A stretch of DNA of 64,000 nucleotides from a candidate division WOR-3 bacterium (GTDB taxonomy: Bacteria; Hydrothermota; Tepidihabitantia; Tepidihabitantales; Tepidihabitantaceae). Of this stretch, positions 57,648 through 64,000 are shown one piece after another (the first letter of the stretch is position 1; the number at the start of each line of letters is the position of its first letter). The notes beneath the pieces are model-generated. The model was not told where the DNA came from and did no database searches. It saw only the letters and a list, made by a program, of their open reading frames with translations. Made by a program: the position numbers and the translations under genes. Where the stretch lies: NCBI GenBank assembly GCA_965649165.1, contig CBFGJT010000001.1, positions 139,853-203,852 of the forward strand, read 5' to 3'.

Positions 57648-57675
57648 TAACAGATTGAAGCATAGAATTAATAGA

Positions 57676-58209
57676 ATGATCGATGCTACGGCTACGCCGG
57701 ATGGTGCCGGTTGGACTGAGGTGCTGCTGGATTTCGGCTGGGTTCGGGTCCAGCATGACGGCAAGCTTGTCAGGCAGGTTGTGCTGGGTGGACCGGTCCA
57801 GGGACGGTCTGAACCGTGGATGGCAAAGCTCCTGCATCGGGTGTGGCATTACGGTTTGAGCGGGCTGGATTTGAGGTTTGACTTTACAGGCCTGAGCCAG
57901 TTTGCCCGCAGGATACTGGCGGCCTGCGCCCGAATCCGGTTTGGGGAGGTGAAAACCTATGGGGCACTGGCACAGACGGCAGGTTATCCAGGTGCCGCCC
58001 GGGCAGTGGGACAGGTGATGGCACACAACCGGTTTGCCATTTTCTTCCCCTGTCACCGCGTGGTTGGGGCGGATGGCCGGCTGGGAGGGTTTACTGGCGG
58101 CACCGGATTGAAGCGGCGGCTGCTCGAGCTGGAAGGGTGGCGGATTGAGGGCAGTGGGTCCAATGCCCGGCTGCTGAAATTCCGGGATAATGTTTACCGG
58201 GAAAGATAA
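57676..58209 (+). CDS. ogt: Methylated-DNA-protein-cysteine methyltransferase (start uncertain)
   Basis: GEVKTYGALA...AARAVG...NRFAIFFPCHRVVG...KRRLLELEG. Confidence 0.9.
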   Translation: MIDATATPDGAGWTEVLLDFGWVRVQHDGKLVRQVVLGGPVQGRSEPWMAKLLHRVWHYGLSGLDLRFDFTGLSQFARRILAACARIRFGEVKTYGALAQTAGYPGAARAVGQVMAHNRFAIFFPCHRVVGADGRLGGFTGGTGLKRRLLELEGWRIEGSGSNARLLKFRDNVYRER

Positions 58210-58856
58210 TGGAGCAAAAGACAGCACCGGTGATTGAACGGCTGGAGGTCGGGCCGCTTCAGACCAACTGTTACCTACTGAAATCCGGAAACGAGCTGGC
58301 AGTGATTGATCCCGGCGGTGATGGCGCGGAGATCCTGCGTCGGGTGAAGGAGATGGAAGTAACGCTGAAATTTGTGATTAACACCCATGGCCATATTGAT
58401 CATATTGCTGCGAATGGGGAAGTAACCGCGGGCTATCCGGCGGAGATCCTGGTTCACGAGCTGGATGCGCCAATGCTTACGGCACCGGATATGAACCTTT
58501 CAACGCTGATGGGGATGGTTGTTAGTTCACCGGCACCGTCAAGGTTGCTCCGGGAAGGCGACGAGATTAAGATCGGAAGTGAGCGGCTTCAGGTATTGCA
58601 TACACCCGGTCATACACCCGGGAGCATCTGTCTCATTGGTGCTAACTATGCATTTACCGGGGATACTCTCTTTTTAGACTCGGTGGGCAGAGTGGATTTT
58701 CCCGGGGGTTCAGAACGGGCGATGCGGGATTCGCTTGCCCGGCTCCAGCGGATTCTGCGTCGGGAGATGATGCTCTATCCGGGGCACGGTCCTTGTGGCA
58801 CTTTTGGCCGGGCGCTGCTCATAAATCCGTTTCTGGGCGGAGTCTGGACTGTTTGA
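58209..58856 (+). CDS. MBL-fold metallo-hydrolase (glyoxalase II-like)
   Basis: VGPLQTNCY; THGHIDH; HTPGHTPGS; FTGDTLF; YPGHG. Confidence 0.88.
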   Translation: MEQKTAPVIERLEVGPLQTNCYLLKSGNELAVIDPGGDGAEILRRVKEMEVTLKFVINTHGHIDHIAANGEVTAGYPAEILVHELDAPMLTAPDMNLSTLMGMVVSSPAPSRLLREGDEIKIGSERLQVLHTPGHTPGSICLIGANYAFTGDTLFLDSVGRVDFPGGSERAMRDSLARLQRILRREMMLYPGHGPCGTFGRALLINPFLGGVWTV

Positions 58857-58880
58857 CAATCTGAGAAAAATGTCTATTTT
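58853..58880 (+). promoter_or_regulatory. Promoter of ino1
   Basis: TTGACA, 16 nt, TATTTT. Confidence 0.6.
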
Positions 58881-58910
58881 TTATTCTGATGAATAATCAC
58901 AGGAGGACGA

Positions 58911-60005
58911 ATGGCTAAGGTCAGAGTTGGTATTATCGGCATTGGTAACTGTGCCAGCAGTCTGGTGCAGGGTGTCCATTATTATCGGAATGCACGGGAA
59001 GATGAGATGATTCCGGGGATCATGCATGTGAATCTGGGCGGATATCATATCCGGGACATCGAATTTGCGGTCGCAATTGATATTGACAAGCGGAAGGTGG
59101 GAAAGGACCTAGCCCAGGCGATTTTCACCTATCCCAATAATACCTACAAATTTACCGAGGTCCCCAAAACTGGGGTGAAGGTGATAAGAGGCATGACTCA
59201 CGATGGCCTGGGTTATTATCTGTCCCAGATTATTGAAAAGGCACCAGGTCCGACCGCCGACATCGTCAAGGAACTCAAGGAGAACAGGGTGGATGTGGTG
59301 GTAAACTATCTGCCGGTTGGTAGTGAGGAAGCAACTAAGTGGTATGTGGAGCAGGTGCTGAAGGCGGGCTGTGCCTTTGTCAACTGCATTCCGGTTTTTA
59401 TCGCCTCGCAGAAGTACTGGCACCGCCGTTTCAAGGCGGCCGGGCTGCCGGTGATCGGTGATGATATCAAGTCGCAGGTAGGGGCAACAATCGTCCACCG
59501 GACGCTGGTTTCGCTCTTCAATGACCGGGGTGTGAAGCTACTAAAGACGATGCAGCTGAATGTCGGCGGCAATACCGACTTTCTAAACATGCTGGAGCGG
59601 GAACGGCTGCATTCCAAGAAAATATCCAAGACCGGTGCGGTAACTTCGCTTCTGAAGTATGACATTGGTGCCGAAAATATCCATGTGGGACCGTCAGATT
59701 ATGTCCCTTGGCTTGAGGACCGGAAGTGGTGTTATCTGCGGATGGAGGGGCAGACCTTTGGCAATGTACCGCTAAATATCGAATTGAAACTTGAGGTCTG
59801 GGATTCACCCAATTCTGCGGGTGTGGTAATTGATGCTATCCGGTGCGCCAAGCTGGCAATGGATAACGGTCTGTCCGGAAGTATTATTGAACCTTCAAGT
59901 TATTTTATGAAGACGCCACCGGTTCAGTTTCCGGATGATGTCTGCCGGGAGAAAACCGAGGCTTTTATCCGGCGCTACGGAAAGAAGGCTGGTAAATCTG
60001 GTTGA
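58911..60005 (+). CDS. ino1: Inositol-3-phosphate synthase
   Basis: [14 protein letters not shown]; [10 protein letters not shown]; [11 protein letters not shown]; GGNTDFLNM; WDSPNSAG. Confidence 0.93.
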   Translation: MAKVRVGIIGIGNCASSLVQGVHYYRNAREDEMIPGIMHVNLGGYHIRDIEFAVAIDIDKRKVGKDLAQAIFTYPNNTYKFTEVPKTGVKVIRGMTHDGLGYYLSQIIEKAPGPTADIVKELKENRVDVVVNYLPVGSEEATKWYVEQVLKAGCAFVNCIPVFIASQKYWHRRFKAAGLPVIGDDIKSQVGATIVHRTLVSLFNDRGVKLLKTMQLNVGGNTDFLNMLERERLHSKKISKTGAVTSLLKYDIGAENIHVGPSDYVPWLEDRKWCYLRMEGQTFGNVPLNIELKLEVWDSPNSAGVVIDAIRCAKLAMDNGLSGSIIEPSSYFMKTPPVQFPDDVCREKTEAFIRRYGKKAGKSG

Positions 60006-60051
60006 TCCCGGACGGAAAAGAGGCTACTTCTGAGCAGCAGGCAGGCATGAG

Positions 60052-60690
60052 GTGCGGGGGTTACTGATTACCTTCGAGGGTGTTGAAGGTTCGGGTAAGA
60101 CAACGCAGGCGCTGAGACTGGTGGAATATTTGAAGGAGCGTGAATTTCCGGTGTTTTTTTCTCGGGAGCCCGGAGGGACGCAAATCGGCGAGCGGATTCG
60201 GGAGATCCTACTTTGCCCGGAGTCCAAGGAAATGCACCATCTGACTGAACTTTTTCTCTATCTCGCGAGCCGGAATCAGCATACCCGGGAGAAGATTCTG
60301 CCGGCACTGCAAAGCGGCAGTATTGTGGTGCTGGACCGTTATGCTGATTCCTCAGTCGCCTATCAGGGTTATGGACGGGAGTTGGGTGAGAAGCTGGTTT
60401 CACGATTAAACAAGCTGGCAACCGCCGGACTCAAGCCTGATTTGACGATTGTGCTCGATCTGCCGGTGGCGGTCGGACAGCAGCGCAAGGCGGGCAACAG
60501 TCCAGACCGGCTGGAGCAGGAGCTGATGGAGTTTCATGAGCGGGTGCGTACCGGCTATCTGAAACTGGCGCGCCGAGCTGCGGGTCGGTGCAAGCTGGTA
60601 AATGGCAACCAGCCGGAGGAGCAGGTGGCGTTGAGAATCCGCGAGCTGGTCGAGGATTTTTTAATCAGAAAGGGAGTTGTAAAAAAATGA
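60052..60690 (+). CDS. tmk: Thymidylate kinase
   Basis: ITFEGVEGSGKTT; REPGGT; LDRYADSSVAYQG; DRLE. Confidence 0.95.
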   Translation: MRGLLITFEGVEGSGKTTQALRLVEYLKEREFPVFFSREPGGTQIGERIREILLCPESKEMHHLTELFLYLASRNQHTREKILPALQSGSIVVLDRYADSSVAYQGYGRELGEKLVSRLNKLATAGLKPDLTIVLDLPVAVGQQRKAGNSPDRLEQELMEFHERVRTGYLKLARRAAGRCKLVNGNQPEEQVALRIRELVEDFLIRKGVVKK

Positions 60691-62219
60691 GAAAACGGGC
60701 AGCACTTGTCGTGATTGTCATTGCCGCCGCTGTGGTCGGAGGTCTGGTGGGCAGGCTCTGGGCGCAGCGGGGGGCATCGCTGGCGGAAAGTCTGCAGGTG
60801 TTTTCGCGGGTAGTGGGGCTCATTCTGAATACCTATGTTGAGCCGGTTGACAGTGATAAACTGGTGCGGGAAGCGATCCGAGGGATGCTAAATGCCCTGG
60901 ATCCGTATTCTGAATATCTGGACGAATCCGACTTCAAGGAGCTAAAGATCAAGACTGAGGCACAGTTCGGGGGAATCGGTATTCACATTGGCATGGTAGA
61001 GCAACAGCTGACGGTAATTGCACCGATTGAAGGAACGCCGGCCGCCCGCGCCGGGGTCCGCGCCGGTGACCGGATTGTGGAGATAGAGGGGAAATCGACG
61101 AAAGGATTCACTACCGAGGATGCGGTTAAGTTGCTGCGGGGTCAGCCAGGAACGAAAGTCAAGTTCAAGGTCAGCCGACCCGGGGTGGAGACGCCGATTG
61201 AGTTTGAGCTGACCCGGGCGATTATCAACATCAAGGCGGTGCCCTATTCAGGGATGATTGCGGACGGTATCGGTTACATCCGGCTGGCGGATATGTCGCG
61301 CGTTGCCTCAGGCGAGGTGCGCCGGGCACTGGATTCACTCTTCGGTCTGGGGGCGAAAAAACTGATATTTGATCTGCGCTATAACGGCGGCGGACTGCTA
61401 CAGGAGGGCAAGGAGGTGACGGATCTCTTTCTGGGTCCGGGGAAGTTAATCGTCCGGACCAAGGGCCGGGTGCCCCAGGCAAATCAGGATTTTGTTGCCG
61501 AAACCGAAGACCGGTATGGAGAATATCCAATGGCAGTGTTGGTGAACCGGGGCAGTGCGTCGGCCGCCGAGATCGTCGCAGGCGCTCTTCAGGACTGGGA
61601 GCGGGCGGTGATTATCGGCGATACCACTTTCGGCAAGGGATCGGTGCAGACAATTCATCCCCTCGGACCAGAGACCGGGATGAAGATTACTACCGCTTAC
61701 TGGTATACACCAAGTGGCAGGTGCATCAACCGTCAGCAGGAGACCAGTGCGGTGGTGATGAAGACTGAGACTCAGAGTGCGTCCGAAAGTTACCGGACGC
61801 TGGGTAGACTGAAGCGGCCGCTATATGGTGGGGGAGGGATCGCCCCGGATATTTATGTTCCGCCCGAAAAGATTGCCGGGCTGGCAGCCCGGGTGCCTAC
61901 CGGCTCGTACTTTGACTTCGCGACGGAGTATGCGAATTCCCATCCGGATCTGACCATGGATTTCGTTGCCGATGAGCGCATTCTTGAGGAGTTCAAACAG
62001 TATCTGCGCAAAAAGAAGAATTTTGAATTTTCCGAGGCAGCCTTTGATTCCTCAAGGCAGGTGATCGCCCAGATGATTGAGATTGAGATGGGTGGAAAGA
62101 TTGACGGTATGCATGGTGAGTATCAGATGCGGTTGCGCCGAGATCCGGAAGTGAAAAAGGCAATAGAAGTGCTGAAACCGGCTGCTACTACTGAAGAGAT
62201 TCTGCGCCGGCTGCGATGA
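60687..62219 (+). CDS. Carboxy-terminal processing protease (S41A, PDZ)
   Basis: LDPYSEY; FGGIGI; PDZ domain; DLRYNGGGLL; SASAAEIVAGALQD; TFGKGSVQ; start at the ATGA overlap with tmk. Confidence 0.92.
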   Translation: MRKRAALVVIVIAAAVVGGLVGRLWAQRGASLAESLQVFSRVVGLILNTYVEPVDSDKLVREAIRGMLNALDPYSEYLDESDFKELKIKTEAQFGGIGIHIGMVEQQLTVIAPIEGTPAARAGVRAGDRIVEIEGKSTKGFTTEDAVKLLRGQPGTKVKFKVSRPGVETPIEFELTRAIINIKAVPYSGMIADGIGYIRLADMSRVASGEVRRALDSLFGLGAKKLIFDLRYNGGGLLQEGKEVTDLFLGPGKLIVRTKGRVPQANQDFVAETEDRYGEYPMAVLVNRGSASAAEIVAGALQDWERAVIIGDTTFGKGSVQTIHPLGPETGMKITTAYWYTPSGRCINRQQETSAVVMKTETQSASESYRTLGRLKRPLYGGGGIAPDIYVPPEKIAGLAARVPTGSYFDFATEYANSHPDLTMDFVADERILEEFKQYLRKKKNFEFSEAAFDSSRQVIAQMIEIEMGGKIDGMHGEYQMRLRRDPEVKKAIEVLKPAATTEEILRRLR

Positions 62220-62251
62220 TAATACGGTTCAATTAGGAGGGTCAGCAGAAG

Positions 62252-63082
62252 ATGCCGGAACTGCCTGAAGTGGAAACGGTCCGGCGCCAGCTTGCGCCTG
62301 AGGTTCAAGGTAGAGAAATTGTCGGTGTGGTGATACGCCGCCCGGATATCGTCGGTTATCCAAAAGTTCCCGAGTTTCGAGTTGGTGTCAAAGGCAGGCG
62401 AATTACCTGTGTCAGCCGGCGGGGCAAATATCTTGTTTTTTATCTGTCGGATGAAAGGCTCCTGGTGGTTCATCTGCGACTGAGCGGTCACCTGCGGATG
62501 CTCGGTAACGGTGCCCCGCAACGGTTTGAGCGGATAAGGTTCAGGTTCAGTGATGGCCGGTCACTGGTTTTTATTGAGCCCAGAGTCCTGGGCCGGGTCT
62601 ACCTGGTTGCGCCTGAAGAGCTGAACAGTGTACTCAAAGGGTTGAGCCAGCTTGGCAAGGAACCGATCTCCCGGGAATTTAGTGCCGATTATCTGCAGCA
62701 TCATCTTGCTGGGCGGAGGATAAAGATTAAGAGTGTTATCATGGATCAGCGGGTGTGTGCAGGCGTCGGGAACATTTATTCGGATGAGGCGCTGTTTCGG
62801 GCAGGAATTTTGCCGATGCGCCCGGCAAACAGTCTCAGCCGGCAGGAAGTGATAAGACTGACGCAGGCGCTGCGGGAGGTGATTCGGACAGGTATCCGGC
62901 ATCTAGGGACAACAATGCCGGATGAGCGTTATTTGCTTCCAGATGGCAGCCGAGGTAGGTTTGGAGAGTTACTGCAGGTATTCGGTCGCGAAGGAGAAAT
63001 CTGTTCAGTCTGCGGGACCGAGATCCGGCGGATCAAGATTGGCAACCGGAGCAGCTACTACTGTCCGGAGTGTCAGAAATAG
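62252..63082 (+). CDS. mutM: Formamidopyrimidine-DNA glycosylase
   Basis: MPELPEVE; RRGKYL; HLRLSG; GVGNIYSDEALF; C-terminal CSVC...CPECQ zinc finger. Confidence 0.95.
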   Translation: MPELPEVETVRRQLAPEVQGREIVGVVIRRPDIVGYPKVPEFRVGVKGRRITCVSRRGKYLVFYLSDERLLVVHLRLSGHLRMLGNGAPQRFERIRFRFSDGRSLVFIEPRVLGRVYLVAPEELNSVLKGLSQLGKEPISREFSADYLQHHLAGRRIKIKSVIMDQRVCAGVGNIYSDEALFRAGILPMRPANSLSRQEVIRLTQALREVIRTGIRHLGTTMPDERYLLPDGSRGRFGELLQVFGREGEICSVCGTEIRRIKIGNRSSYYCPECQK

Positions 63083-63091
63083 CGAGGGATA

Positions 63092-63997
63092 ATGGATAAC
63101 CGGACTGTAGCGATTATCTGTCACGGCGGCGCAGGAACGATTGCAGAAAAGGATGATTATGCCCGCGGTCTGACCGAAGCAATTGAAGAGGGATACCGGC
63201 TGCTGCGGCAGGGGGCACCGGCACTGGAAGCGGTGCTGAAAGCGGTGACAATGCTTGAGGACAATCCGGTTTTCAATGCCGGAACCGGTTCCAGCCTGAC
63301 AATTGATGAAGTTGTTGAGATGGATGCGGGGATAATGACTCAGCACGGCAGATTCGGTGGAGTGATCTGCATCCGGAATGTTAAAAATCCGGTCCTGGTC
63401 GCTGAGAAGGTAATGATTGAAACCAACCATCTAATTCTCGCCGGTGATGGTGCAATCCAATTTGCCCGGAGTATGGGGTTTGAAGATTACAACCCGGTGA
63501 CGGAAAGAGCAAAGCGGCGGCTGGCGGAGCTGCGCCAAACTGGTTCCAAGTTTTTCCCCCGGCTTAATCAGCGACTCGGAATTACTGAGCAAAAGTCAGG
63601 GACAGTCGGAGCGGTGGCGATCGACCGGAATGGTAACATTGTTGCCGCCACTTCTAGCGGGGGAATTGCAGGGAGGATGACCGGCAGAGTGGGGGATTCC
63701 AGTATTCCCGGGGCAGGTGTATTTGCCTCACCGGCGGGCGGTGTTTCCTGCACCGGGCACGGAGAAGAGATACTGAGAATGCTCTTAGCACGGGACATCG
63801 GGGAACGGATGAAGACACTGCCGGCACAGACCGCGGTGACGCTGGCACTTTCTGAAGCCAAGAGAAAGAAGGTGCTTTGTGGTGCGATTGCGATTGATGC
63901 CCGCGGCGGAATTGGCTACGGGTATACCTCACCGGATATGGCTTACGGTTACAAGGCAGCCGACCGGCTGTTTCTGTTCACCGACAGCAGAAAATAG
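63092..63997 (+). CDS. iaaA: Isoaspartyl peptidase / L-asparaginase (Ntn hydrolase)
   Basis: HGGAG; LEDNPVFNAG; EMDAGIM; GTVGAVA nucleophile Thr; GRVGDS; SCTGHGE. Confidence 0.9.
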   Translation: MDNRTVAIICHGGAGTIAEKDDYARGLTEAIEEGYRLLRQGAPALEAVLKAVTMLEDNPVFNAGTGSSLTIDEVVEMDAGIMTQHGRFGGVICIRNVKNPVLVAEKVMIETNHLILAGDGAIQFARSMGFEDYNPVTERAKRRLAELRQTGSKFFPRLNQRLGITEQKSGTVGAVAIDRNGNIVAATSSGGIAGRMTGRVGDSSIPGAGVFASPAGGVSCTGHGEEILRMLLARDIGERMKTLPAQTAVTLALSEAKRKKVLCGAIAIDARGGIGYGYTSPDMAYGYKAADRLFLFTDSRK

Positions 63998-64000
63998 CAG

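Overview
A 64 kb chromosomal window with high gene density, apparently from a diderm, anaerobic, peptide-degrading bacterium. Two secreted M14 carboxypeptidases with T9SS/FlgD-like tails, Mla genes and rubrerythrin/SOR/FDP suggest an FCB-affiliated candidate lineage such as WOR-3; that assignment is inference. The window holds about 57 intact CDSs, 3 tRNAs (Ala-TGC, Leu-TAG, Pro-CGG; none encodes CCA) and 3 damaged genes. Main gene groups: mscS, ktrAB, a CoA-transferase-GNAT/ADP-forming acyl-CoA ligase operon, an orphan HerA ATPase, mlaEFD, a 7-gene O2/ROS defence cluster, tig-clpP-clpX, ptsH-ptsI, tgt, M16/M14/TldDE/S41 peptidases, a purine/MTA salvage cluster, rpmF-plsX, ino1, tmk, mutM and iaaA. 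I found no CRISPR array, IS element, integrase or prophage. The most unusual observations are: (1) a candidate ~70-nt four-way-junction RNA with its own promoter and U-tract, directly upstream of an Arg-rich stand-alone JAB/MPN+ gene; (2) sigma70-type promoters mostly with a 16-bp rather than 17-bp spacer (17 of 22 hand-found candidates), several apparently leaderless; (3) a structured leader on an orphan HerA; (4) a desulforedoxin-rubredoxin-like fusion; (5) an ABC ATPase/permease chimera made by an in-frame deletion. All family calls come from motif recognition by eye. No database search or folding computation was run.
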